DNA of 56,821 bases from Candidatus Levyibacteriota bacterium (GTDB lineage: Bacteria; Patescibacteriota; Microgenomatia; Levybacterales; UBA12049). The notes under the pieces are model-generated. The model saw only the letters and a program-made list of their open reading frames with translations. It did no database searches and was not told the DNA's origin. The stretch lies in contig SIBS01000002.1 in the NCBI GenBank assembly GCA_009695045.1, positions 92,774-149,594 of the forward strand, in the 5' to 3' direction. Made by a program: the position numbers and the translations under genes. Below, one piece after another: positions 1-9,265 of this stretch (positions are counted from its first letter, which is position 1; every line of letters begins with the position of its first letter).

Positions 1-272
1 ATCCTGAATATATCATGATTGGTACCAATCTTAATATCCCAAATTTACCAGTAAAAATGATTTTAGCAACAAATACTAATCTTATTATATCTAATGATAA
101 TATGATTACTATTGAAGGTAAAATTTATACAGTTTTCAAAGGGGATAATTTATGGGATATTTCTGTTCGTGCATATGGAGACGGATTCAGGTGGCGTGAA
201 ATTGCAGATGAAAATAATATTATTGATCCGTGGATAATACATGCAGGAAATATATTAAAAATTACTCGTTAA
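1..272 (+). CDS. LysM peptidoglycan-binding protein, 5'-partial (probably tandem LysM)
   Basis: YTVFKGDNLWDISVRAYGDGFRWREIADENNIIDPWIIHAGNILKI is a LysM domain; the frame is open to the window edge with PEYIMIGTNLNIP, resembling the end of a preceding LysM. Confidence 0.85.
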   Translation, partial: PEYIMIGTNLNIPNLPVKMILATNTNLIISNDNMITIEGKIYTVFKGDNLWDISVRAYGDGFRWREIADENNIIDPWIIHAGNILKITR

Positions 273-318
273 ATTTACAAGCTTATAATATTTTTATATA
301 ATTCATATATATTAAACT

Positions 319-392
319 GCGGGGTTAGTACACTGGTAGTATGCTACCTTCCCAAGGTGGAGAAGCGAGTTCGATTCTCGTACCCCGCTCCA
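319..392 (+). tRNA. tRNA-Gly(CCC), CCA encoded
   Basis: GCGGGGT/ACCCCGC acceptor stem, anticodon arm CTACC-TTCCCAA-GGTGG, GTTCGATTC T-loop. Confidence 0.95.
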
Positions 393-578
393 AAAATTAG
401 GACTTTGTAGATATACTCCATATTATTAATTACAGCAATAAAACTTATATATAGAATTTAATAAATGTTTTTAACATAAATATCTATTAATAATTCTACT
501 ATTATTTTATTTATTATAATTGAATAAACTTCAAGGCTAATTATATATATTGAAATATACAAATTTAAAATATCATAG

Positions 579-607
579 TTGACGATAGGTTTATTTTCTG
601 ATATTAT
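579..607 (+). promoter_or_regulatory. sigma70-type promoter of pyrG (leaderless architecture)
   Basis: TTGACG-17 nt-TATTAT with extended TG, 5 nt before the GTG start. Confidence 0.6.
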
Positions 608-612
608 AAATC

Positions 613-2289
613 GTGCATCCTGTAAAAAATAAATTTAAACAAAAATATATTTTTGTATCTGGTGGAGTAATATCTGGAATAGGAAAAGGGATTACAACAG
701 CCTCAATTGCGCTTCTTCTTAAATCATCAGGATATAGTGTTTCTCCGATAAAATTTGAGAACTATCTTAATATTGATGCAGGAACAATAAATCCAATAGA
801 GCATGGGGATCCATTTCTGTGCGAGGATGGCACCGAATCTGATATGGATATTGGAACTTACGAGAAATTTCTCAATGAAGATATGGAACGAGTTAATTTT
901 GTAACAATGGGACAAATTTATAAAACAGTCATAGATCGTGAGAGAAGATTTGAATATAACGGTGAAGACGTTGAGGCAATTCCTCATATAACAAATGAGA
1001 TTATAAGTCGCATTATGGCTGCTGGTAAAAAACAAAAAGCAGATATTGTAATAATTGAATTAGGCGGAACGGCAGGGGAGTATCAAAACTTATTTTACTA
1101 TGAAGCATCTAGAATAATGACTCTTAAAAACCCAGGCGATGTAATTCATGTTCACGTAAGTTATGTTCCAACACCTGGACATTTAGGAGAACCAAAAACA
1201 AAACCAACTCAACTTTCTGTTAGAACACTTAATTCAATGGGGATTCAGCCGGACTTTGTGATTGCTAGATCTCAAAAACCATTGGATCAAAGAAGAAAGG
1301 ATAGGCTTGCTCTATTTTGTAATTTAAATACAGAAGATGTTATAGATAATCCAGACTTACAATCTGTTTATGAAGTTCCATTAATTCTCCAAAAACAAAA
1401 TTTAGATAAGAAAATAATGAAAAAACTTGGCCTTGAAGAAAGAGAAATAAAATTTAGTAACTGGATTGAATTAATAGAAAAAATAAAATCTAAAAAAATA
1501 TTTAAGGCTGAGGTTGTTATTGTTGGTAAATATTTTGGCACTGGTGATTATCAATTACGCGATTCATATGCTGCTCTCTTTGATGCAATCGATCATGCAG
1601 CATGGGAGCTAAATATTGAAGTGAAGATGCGTTGGATAGATTCACAGAAACTAGAAAAAGAAGGAGCCGAAAAACTTATAGGTAAGCCTGATGGCATAAT
1701 TGTGCCAATTGGATGGGGTATACGTGGCGCAGAGGGAATGATTCAGGCCGCATCATATGCTCGAGAAAAAAAAATTCCATATCTTGGATTATGTTATGGA
1801 ATGCAATTATCAGCCGTAGCTTTCGCTCGAGATGTATTAAAATGGAGCGATGCAAATACTACAGAAAATGATAGTAATACAACACATCCTGTTATCCATA
1901 TCATTCCTCAACAGATAGAATTTATGGAAAAAAGAGCATATGGTGGCACAATGAGGCTTGGAGCATGGGATGCGGTAGTGCGAGAAAATAGTATGGCATT
2001 TTCAATTTATAGCAAATATAAAGGGATGATTAATGTTGAAAAAAAAATAATTAGTGAAAGACACAGGCATAGATATGAATTTAATAATAAATATACAAAA
2101 AACTTTGAAGATAAAGGATTCATAATTAGCGCTCGTTCTGAAGAAGAAAATCTAGCAGAAATTATTGAACTATCTCTTAATGATCATCCATTCTATATGG
2201 GTACTCAAGGACATCCTGAATATAAAAGTAGACCATTGAATCCGCATCCTATTTTTATGGCTTTTTTAGATGCTTGTAAAAAGGGGTAA
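613..2289 (+). CDS. pyrG: CTP synthase
   Basis: KYIFVSGGVISGIGKG, GLCYGMQ, ERHRHRYE and GHPE motifs. Confidence 0.98.
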   Translation: MHPVKNKFKQKYIFVSGGVISGIGKGITTASIALLLKSSGYSVSPIKFENYLNIDAGTINPIEHGDPFLCEDGTESDMDIGTYEKFLNEDMERVNFVTMGQIYKTVIDRERRFEYNGEDVEAIPHITNEIISRIMAAGKKQKADIVIIELGGTAGEYQNLFYYEASRIMTLKNPGDVIHVHVSYVPTPGHLGEPKTKPTQLSVRTLNSMGIQPDFVIARSQKPLDQRRKDRLALFCNLNTEDVIDNPDLQSVYEVPLILQKQNLDKKIMKKLGLEEREIKFSNWIELIEKIKSKKIFKAEVVIVGKYFGTGDYQLRDSYAALFDAIDHAAWELNIEVKMRWIDSQKLEKEGAEKLIGKPDGIIVPIGWGIRGAEGMIQAASYAREKKIPYLGLCYGMQLSAVAFARDVLKWSDANTTENDSNTTHPVIHIIPQQIEFMEKRAYGGTMRLGAWDAVVRENSMAFSIYSKYKGMINVEKKIISERHRHRYEFNNKYTKNFEDKGFIISARSEEENLAEIIELSLNDHPFYMGTQGHPEYKSRPLNPHPIFMAFLDACKKG

Positions 2290-2310
2290 AAATAAAGTAT
2301 AATTACTATT

Positions 2311-2595
2311 ATGTTACAAGCAATTACATTTGTACCGGGTGATACAATAAGAGTGCATCAGAAAATAAAAGAAGGCGAAAAAAGCCGAGTTCAAGTATTT
2401 GAAGGTGTTGTTCTTGGAATAAGAGGTCGAGGGGAAAACAAAAGTTTTACTGTTAGAAAAGTTGTTGGTGAAATAGCAGTTGAAAGAATATGGCCAGTTC
2501 TTTCTCCAAATATTCAAAAAGTAGAAATAAAAGCACATGCAAAAAAAAGAGTTCGACAGGCAAAACTATATCACCTTAGAAATAAAAATAAATAA
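2311..2595 (+). CDS. rplS: 50S ribosomal protein L19 (short N-terminus)
   Basis: PGDTIRVHQKIKEGEKSRVQVFEGVV, FTVRK, VERIWP, VRQAKLYHLR. Confidence 0.95.
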   Translation: MLQAITFVPGDTIRVHQKIKEGEKSRVQVFEGVVLGIRGRGENKSFTVRKVVGEIAVERIWPVLSPNIQKVEIKAHAKKRVRQAKLYHLRNKNK

Positions 2596-2659
2596 TCCAC
2601 GATTAAAATTTATCCTCATAATATTGACTATGAATTAATTATTGCACATAATAAATTTA

Positions 2660-3013
2660 ATGAATAATCAACTTGGAAAAATTGGAGAAGATTTAGCTAC
2701 AAATTATTTGAAAAAGAAAAAATATAAAATAATTGAAAAAAACTTTAGAATACAAAATGGAGAGATTGATATTATTGCTATAGATAAAAAAACTTTAGTA
2801 TTTATTGAAGTTAAAACTCGTAGCTCGACAATATTTGGAACACCATTTGAAGCAATTACCCCACGGAAGATTAATTTTATTACTCGAACTGCTGAGTATT
2901 ATAAGAGCACTCATAATGATTTACCTGAGTTATTACGCATAGATGCAATTGCAATAATTATTAATCCTCAAGAAAATACTAATATCATAGAACATATCGA
3001 AAATATAAATTAA
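2660..3013 (+). CDS. YraN/UPF0102 family protein
   Basis: GKIGEDLA, GEIDII, LVFIEVKTR; ATG at 2660 is preferred over TTG at 2642 because TTGACT-17-CATAAT lies 7 nt upstream of it. Confidence 0.9.
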   Translation: MNNQLGKIGEDLATNYLKKKKYKIIEKNFRIQNGEIDIIAIDKKTLVFIEVKTRSSTIFGTPFEAITPRKINFITRTAEYYKSTHNDLPELLRIDAIAIIINPQENTNIIEHIENIN

Positions 3014-3024
3014 AACATATTATT

Positions 3025-5016
3025 TTAAACTTCTAGTTTCTTTATTCTATTGCGAATAATCATAGCTGTTTCAAAATCAAGATCAATTGCTGATTTTTTC
3101 ATCTCTTTTCTTAATCTTTTAATAAGTGCTTCTCGTTCATCTGGCAATAAAACATCTTTTTCTTCAAGTTCTTGATAAAATTCAGAGTCTTTTAATTCTT
3201 TTTCTTCTATTTCAATAAGTTTAGAGCGAATACTTTTTACAATTCCTTTAGGTGAAATATTATTTTTTTTATTATATTTAATCTGAATATCTCTTCTTCT
3301 TTCTACTTCAGATATTGCTTCATTCATTGATTTAGTTTTTTTATCAGCATACATAATCACTTTTGCATTAATATTTCTCGCTGCCCTTCCCATAATTTGA
3401 ATTAAAGATGTCTTACTTCTCAGGAAACCCTCTTTATCCGCATCTAAAATTGCTACAAGTGAAACTTCTGGTAAATCCAATCCTTCTCTAAGTAGGTTAA
3501 TTCCAATTAAAACATCATATTCACCAAATCGTAAGCTATCTAATATATCTTGACGATATAATGTTTTTATATCTGAATGTAGATATGCTACTTTTATCCC
3601 TTGATCCTGTAAATATGATGTTAAATCCTCTGACATTCTTTTTGTAAGAGTTATTATTAATACTCGTTCATTTTTTATAATACATTTTTGGATCTCTATA
3701 ACTAGATCATTTATTTGTCCTTTAGTTGGTCGAATATATATATTGGGATCCACAAGTCCAGTTGGGCGAATAAGTTGCTCTACTATCCCGTCTCTCGCCT
3801 CAGAGCTTAGTGATAATTCATAATCACTTGGTGTTGCGCTAACAAAGGTAACTTGTTGTACTCTACGCATAAATTCATCGAAACGAAGTGGTCTATTGTC
3901 AAGAGCTGAGGGAAGACGAAATCCATATTCAATTAATGTTTCCTTTCTTGATCTGTCTCCATTGTACATGCCCCTAATTTGCGGGATAGTAATGTGTGAT
4001 TCATCGATAAAAAGAAGCCAATCTTTATCAGAAGCATCCATATAATTAAGTAATGAGTAAGGTGGTTCACCTGGTTTCCTTCCATCAAAATAAGGTGAGT
4101 AATTTTCAATACCATTTACAAATCCTACTTCTCGAATCATTTCTAAATCAAAGTTTGTTCGTTGTTCAATTCTCTGTGCTTCTACAATTTTCCCTATACT
4201 TTTAAAATAATTAACTCTATCTTGTAAATCTTTTCGAATTTGTGGAAAAACATTATCATAAGTAGATGGATCTGTCATATAATGTTTTGCTGGATAAATA
4301 ACTATTTCATCAAGTAATTTAATGGTATCTCCGGTAAGCGGATCAAATTCATAAATATCAGAAACTTTTCCATAAATAATATCGATTCTAATACCAGCAT
4401 TTGTATATGCGGGAAATATATCAACTGATTCTCCACGAACTCTAAATGTTCCCCTATTAAATCCATATTCGTTTCTAGAGTATTGAAGAGATGTAAGACG
4501 ATCAAGAATACTACGTTGTTCTATTTTAACGTCTTTTTTAAGTTTAAGTACAAACTTTTCATATTCAATAGGTGATCCTAGGTTATAAATACAAGAAACA
4601 GATGCAACAATTATAACGTCATTTCGAGTAAGTAGATTTGCAGTTGCAGAAAGACGTAATCTATCAATTTCATCATTTATCTCAGCCTCTTTTTCAATAT
4701 ATGTATCGCTTTGCGGGATATACGCCTCTGGTTGATAATAATCATAGTAAGACACAAAGTAACAAACAACATTATTGGGAAAAAAATCTCTAAATTCTTG
4801 ATAAAGCTGTGCTGCTAATGTTTTATTGTGAGAAATAATAAGAGTTGGTTTGTTAATTTTCGCAATTGTATTTGCCATTGAAAATGTTTTACCACTACCA
4901 GTGACGCCAACCAAAGTTTGATATTTTTCTTTATTTTTAATATTTTTTATCAATTTTCTTATAGCCTGTGGTTGATCGCCAGCTGGGGTAAAATTAGATG
5001 AAAGTTGAAAATCCAT
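3025..5016 (-). CDS. uvrB: Excinuclease ABC subunit B
   Basis: PAGDQPQAI, GVTGSGKT, YFVSYYDYYQPEAY, NLLREGLD, C-terminal UVR domain. Confidence 0.98.
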   Translation of the reverse strand: MDFQLSSNFTPAGDQPQAIRKLIKNIKNKEKYQTLVGVTGSGKTFSMANTIAKINKPTLIISHNKTLAAQLYQEFRDFFPNNVVCYFVSYYDYYQPEAYIPQSDTYIEKEAEINDEIDRLRLSATANLLTRNDVIIVASVSCIYNLGSPIEYEKFVLKLKKDVKIEQRSILDRLTSLQYSRNEYGFNRGTFRVRGESVDIFPAYTNAGIRIDIIYGKVSDIYEFDPLTGDTIKLLDEIVIYPAKHYMTDPSTYDNVFPQIRKDLQDRVNYFKSIGKIVEAQRIEQRTNFDLEMIREVGFVNGIENYSPYFDGRKPGEPPYSLLNYMDASDKDWLLFIDESHITIPQIRGMYNGDRSRKETLIEYGFRLPSALDNRPLRFDEFMRRVQQVTFVSATPSDYELSLSSEARDGIVEQLIRPTGLVDPNIYIRPTKGQINDLVIEIQKCIIKNERVLIITLTKRMSEDLTSYLQDQGIKVAYLHSDIKTLYRQDILDSLRFGEYDVLIGINLLREGLDLPEVSLVAILDADKEGFLRSKTSLIQIMGRAARNINAKVIMYADKKTKSMNEAISEVERRRDIQIKYNKKNNISPKGIVKSIRSKLIEIEEKELKDSEFYQELEEKDVLLPDEREALIKRLRKEMKKSAIDLDFETAMIIRNRIKKLEV

Positions 5017-5082
5017 TTTAATATTGTAACATAAAAAGAGGCACGAAATTAAATATTGAGTAATTTATAGTAATTTTGCCTA

Positions 5083-5112
5083 TTGACAAAGTTCGTGAAT
5101 ATTTCGTATAAA
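5083..5112 (+). promoter_or_regulatory. lexA promoter with candidate LexA operator (TTCG-N7-TTCG direct repeat at 5092-5106)
   Basis: TTGACA at 5083, TATAAA at 5107, GTTCGTGAATATTTCGTATA between and overlapping them. Confidence 0.6.
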
Positions 5113-5165
5113 ATATTAGTATATATAATATATAAACTATAAATATATTATTAATATTAAAAAAT

Positions 5166-5792
5166 ATGTCTGGAGTATTATATAGAAAAGAAAGAGAGGT
5201 TTTAGAATATCTAGCACAATTTCAAAGGCAGTTTGGATATTCTCCAACTCTCTCAGAAATAGCTAAAGCTACTGGACATAGAAGTATATCTACAATACAT
5301 GCAATAATACGTTCCTTGGTAGAAAAAGAGTTTGTACAAAAAGTGGATGGAAATACTCGAGTATTAAAAATATTACAAGATAACGTTACTAATACAATGC
5401 TTGGTACGCAAACGTCCCTAGAGCTCCCCTTAATGGGATTCATTGCGGCAGGTAAGCCACTTGAACCACATACTGATCCAAATGCAACTTTTCAAATTTC
5501 TGCATCTCTCATAACTGGACAAAAAACAGCTTATGTTTTACAAGTTAAAGGCAATTCCATGATTGATGATGGTATTTTTGATGGAGATTTCGTTGTCATA
5601 GAAAAAACAAATTTAGCTAATAATGGAGATATTGTTGTGGCTCTTGTTGATGATAATCTTGCAACCCTAAAAAGGTTTTATAAAGAAGCAGATAGGGTCG
5701 TGTTAAAGCCAGCTAATTCTGAAATGCAACCAATTTATCCCAATAAACTTCTTATTCAGGGAAAAGTTTCCGCTTTAGTACGTAAATTTTAA
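5166..5792 (+). CDS. lexA: SOS repressor LexA
   Basis: N-terminal wHTH (GYSPTLSEIA), IAAG cleavage site, catalytic Ser in VKGNSM and Lys in TLKRF. Confidence 0.96.
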   Translation: MSGVLYRKEREVLEYLAQFQRQFGYSPTLSEIAKATGHRSISTIHAIIRSLVEKEFVQKVDGNTRVLKILQDNVTNTMLGTQTSLELPLMGFIAAGKPLEPHTDPNATFQISASLITGQKTAYVLQVKGNSMIDDGIFDGDFVVIEKTNLANNGDIVVALVDDNLATLKRFYKEADRVVLKPANSEMQPIYPNKLLIQGKVSALVRKF

Positions 5793-5860
5793 TAAATAAA
5801 ATATATTTATATGTCTTATCTTATGGATATTCATATTGAAAATAATATATAATTAGCTAT

Positions 5861-6487
5861 ATGCATTTTGATTTAATTTCATTAATAAAAACCTTTAGCT
5901 ATTTAGGTGTTTTTACATTAGTTTTTTTAGAATCAGGATTATTAATTGGATTTTTATTTCCAGGAGATTCACTTTTATTTACCGCAGGCTTTTTAGCATC
6001 TCAAGGATTTCTTGATATATATATATTAATTACTGGTTGCTTTATTTTTGCAGTATTAGGAGATACAATCGGATATTTTATTGGTAAAAAAATGGGTCCT
6101 AAAATATTTAAAAAAAATAATTCTATTATTTTCAATATAAATCATCTTAAAAAAGCTCAAAAATTTTATGATAAGCACGGGGGAAAGACAATAATATTAG
6201 CTAGATTTATGCCCATTGTAAGAGCTTTTGCCCCAATAGTTGCTGGAGCTGGTGAGATGGATTATAAAAAATTTATGATTTTTAATTTAGCTGGTGGAGT
6301 TTTCTGGGCAATAGGAATAACTGGAGCCGGATACTATTTAGGAAGTATGATTCCAAATATTGATAAGTATTTATTCCCAATCATTGGAATTATTATTCTA
6401 GCTTCAATATCACCAGCATTACATGCTATCTTAATAAATGCAGAAATTAGAGCAAGTATAATTAATAAATTTAAAAAGGGTATATAA
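5861..6487 (+). CDS. DedA/VTT family membrane protein
   Basis: FLESGLLIGFLFPGDSLLFTAG and ARFMPIVRAFAPIVAG motifs. Confidence 0.93.
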   Translation: MHFDLISLIKTFSYLGVFTLVFLESGLLIGFLFPGDSLLFTAGFLASQGFLDIYILITGCFIFAVLGDTIGYFIGKKMGPKIFKKNNSIIFNINHLKKAQKFYDKHGGKTIILARFMPIVRAFAPIVAGAGEMDYKKFMIFNLAGGVFWAIGITGAGYYLGSMIPNIDKYLFPIIGIIILASISPALHAILINAEIRASIINKFKKGI

Positions 6488-6496
6488 TATAATTAT

Positions 6497-7204
6497 ATGT
6501 TATATATTCTTCCAACTCCAATTGGTAATTTAAAAGATATAACCTTAAGAACAATAGAAATTTTAGAAAGTATAGATGCAGTAATATGCGAAGATTCTAG
6601 AAGAACAGGATTATTGCTTAGTCATTATAAAATAAAAAAGGATCTTATCATTTTTAATGATTATAATGAATTCAGGATTGTTCCTCAAATTATTCAAAGA
6701 TTAAAATTAAATCAAAATTTAGCATTAGTTTCTGATGCTGGATCCCCGTTAATATCTGATCCAGGATATAAGCTTATAAGAGAATGTATTTCTCAGGATA
6801 TTTCTCTAGCTTCATTGCCTGGGCCATCTTCTGTTATAACTGCATTGACAATCTCAGGCCTACCACCTGATAAATTTATGTTTATTGGGTATCTACCTAG
6901 AAAATCTGGTCACAGAGACATATTTCTGAAAAGTTTGAATAAACTTATTACTATAGATGAAAAAATACATCCAACAATAATTTTATTTGAGGCACCTCAT
7001 AAAATAAAAACCACATTACAGGAAATTAAAAATATATTTGGAGATATTAATATTGTAATATGTAGGGAGCTTACGAAAGTTTATGAAGAAACTCGTAGAG
7101 AGAAAATATCCCAATCAATTAATCACTATATAAAAAATACACCAAAGGGAGAATTTATTATTTTATTTAATATTTATACACAAAATATAAATATTATTAT
7201 TTAA
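6497..7204 (+). CDS. rsmI: 16S rRNA (cytidine1402-2'-O)-methyltransferase
   Basis: PTPIGNLKDIT, SDAGSPLISDPG, RELTKVYEE, KGEF. Confidence 0.95.
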   Translation: MLYILPTPIGNLKDITLRTIEILESIDAVICEDSRRTGLLLSHYKIKKDLIIFNDYNEFRIVPQIIQRLKLNQNLALVSDAGSPLISDPGYKLIRECISQDISLASLPGPSSVITALTISGLPPDKFMFIGYLPRKSGHRDIFLKSLNKLITIDEKIHPTIILFEAPHKIKTTLQEIKNIFGDINIVICRELTKVYEETRREKISQSINHYIKNTPKGEFIILFNIYTQNINIII

Positions 7205-7215
7205 AATTTTTCTTA

Positions 7216-8001
7216 CTAATCAACTAGCTTAAGCAGTTTACCATTTTCAATAACATAATTAAACATTTTATATAAAATGTTTATCGCAATAATAAACCAT
7301 ATAATATTTAGTATCCCAGCCATTATAAAATTATGCATGGGAAATTTATTTTGTAAAATTACCATTCTCATTCCTTCAAATACTTGTGTTGCAGGAATAG
7401 CAAGTGCTATTGGTTGAATAAATTTTGGCAATGCGCTGACTGGATAAAATACAGCTATTAATGGTTGTAGAAAAGTGGTAAATGCAAATGCAATAACCTG
7501 AGCACTTTGTCCAAATCTAAGCAATATTGCTGTTGCTAAAAGTCCTAAAATCCATCCAAAAATAAAGAAATTGATTACAAATGGAACAAGATAAAATCCA
7601 AATGAAAATAGATTAAAATTAAATAAAATAAAACTTGATACTCCTAATGAAATGCCGATAAGTGTAATTCTTACAATTCCTACTAGAAATGTTGCAAATA
7701 AAAATTCATATAATCTTATAGGCGTAACAAAGATATTAAACAAATTTCTTTCCCAAATCTCTTCCATAAATGATATCGTTACGGCTTGTTGTGCTCGAAG
7801 AATAAAATCCCAAAAAATAACAGCTCCTAAAAGTAAGCTTAAAGGAAAATCAGGACGACTTTGTTGAAGAAAAACAGTGATAAGTCCCCAAATAAGAACA
7901 TCTACTAATGGCCAAATAAAAATATCTAAAATTCTCGGAATGGAGCGAGGATAGATATAAAGATATCTAAAAAGTAAGGCTTGAATTCTATGTAATTTCA
8001 T
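7216..8001 (-). CDS. ABC-2 type transporter permease
   Basis: About 6 TM segments, FYPVSALP motif, coupled to the adjacent ATPase. Confidence 0.88.
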   Translation of the reverse strand: MKLHRIQALLFRYLYIYPRSIPRILDIFIWPLVDVLIWGLITVFLQQSRPDFPLSLLLGAVIFWDFILRAQQAVTISFMEEIWERNLFNIFVTPIRLYEFLFATFLVGIVRITLIGISLGVSSFILFNFNLFSFGFYLVPFVINFFIFGWILGLLATAILLRFGQSAQVIAFAFTTFLQPLIAVFYPVSALPKFIQPIALAIPATQVFEGMRMVILQNKFPMHNFIMAGILNIIWFIIAINILYKMFNYVIENGKLLKLVD

Positions 8002-8726
8002 TATATATCTCTCGCAATCTTAATAAATACCTCATTTAGATCTTGTAGACCATATTTTTTTATTAGCTTATTTGGTGTTCCCTGAGTGATAATTTTTCCT
8101 TCATTTATGAAAATAGCTCTATTACATAATTCCTCAACTTCCATCATGTTATGAGTGGTATATAAAATAGCAATACCTTGTTCTATTTGAATTTGCTTGA
8201 GAAATTTCCGAGTTCTATCAGCAATATCTGGATCAAGGCTAGCTGTTGGCTCGTCAAGAAACAATAGTTTTGGCTTATTAAGCAATGCTTTTGCAAGATT
8301 TACTCGCGTTGCTTGTCCACTAGAAAGAGAACCATACATTTTATTAAAAAGTGATCCTATTTCGAAAAATTCTACTAATTCCGATACTCTTTCTTTGTAT
8401 TTTTTTACCCCATAAAGCCTAGCAAATGTATAAAGATTTTCCCATACTTTTAAATTTCCAGGCAAAGATACATATGCTGAAGAAAAATTTACCTCAGAAA
8501 GCACTTCATTTCTATATTTAGCCATATCTTTTCCAAATATAAATACTGAACCAGATGTTGGTTTTATTAATCCCAAAAGCATCTGAATAGTAGTTGTTTT
8601 ACCTGCGCCATTTGGTCCAATAAATCCCAGTATCTCACCTTCACTAAGAGAAAAAGAAATATTATCAACTGCCGTAAATGTTCCAAAAGTTTTCGTAAGA
8701 TTTTTTACTTCAAGAAGCGATAACAT
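8001..8726 (-). CDS. ABC transporter ATP-binding protein
   Basis: GPNGAGKT, LSSGQ, LLFLDEPT. Confidence 0.95.
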   Translation of the reverse strand: MLSLLEVKNLTKTFGTFTAVDNISFSLSEGEILGFIGPNGAGKTTTIQMLLGLIKPTSGSVFIFGKDMAKYRNEVLSEVNFSSAYVSLPGNLKVWENLYTFARLYGVKKYKERVSELVEFFEIGSLFNKMYGSLSSGQATRVNLAKALLNKPKLLFLDEPTASLDPDIADRTRKFLKQIQIEQGIAILYTTHNMMEVEELCNRAIFINEGKIITQGTPNKLIKKYGLQDLNEVFIKIARDI

Positions 8727-8785
8727 TTTACTATTATAACAAAATATTTAAATGATTGTTACAATAAGAAGCAATATAAAAAATA

Positions 8786-9172
8786 TTAATATTTTTTATC
8801 TTCAAGATATTGTTTTATTTGTCCAATAAAATGATTTTTCCATCCATCTTCTATTTCTCTCACATCATTATCTGGTATATGATCATGAATAATATCAATT
8901 TGAGTCTCATTATTATCAAAACTTAAATAAAAAGATACATGTGATGGATTCTTCCATGAATGATAAAACCATTCCTGAGAAAGTAGCTTCTGTGAAATAA
9001 CATTTGTAATTTTTCCATGTATATCTCCACCCCATAATGAAAAATTTTCACCTAGAATAGGGCTGATTAATGCAGGGCCACCTCCCCAAGATTCAATTGT
9101 ATCTTTATTTATTAAAGCATCCCATACCACACTTAAATGAGCTTTAATTCTATATCTTTGTTTTATTGTCAT
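8786..9172 (-). CDS. SRPBCC/AHSA1-like domain protein
   Basis: VWDALIN...W, FSLWGGDIHGK, C-terminal IEDGWKNHF helix. Confidence 0.8.
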   Translation of the reverse strand: MTIKQRYRIKAHLSVVWDALINKDTIESWGGGPALISPILGENFSLWGGDIHGKITNVISQKLLSQEWFYHSWKNPSHVSFYLSFDNNETQIDIIHDHIPDNDVREIEDGWKNHFIGQIKQYLEDKKY

Positions 9173-9265
9173 AGCTTAAGGATAATATAAAAAAAAGTAT
9201 TATGTCAATATAATTTTTATTAGTATTCTATGTATAGTAGATTTTAATATATTAAATATAATAGA

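Noticed and set aside
393..612. Possible pyrG attenuator (Bacillus-type reiterative transcription leader)
   Set aside because: Promoter geometry indicates a leaderless start; no GGGC start or terminator hairpin is visible
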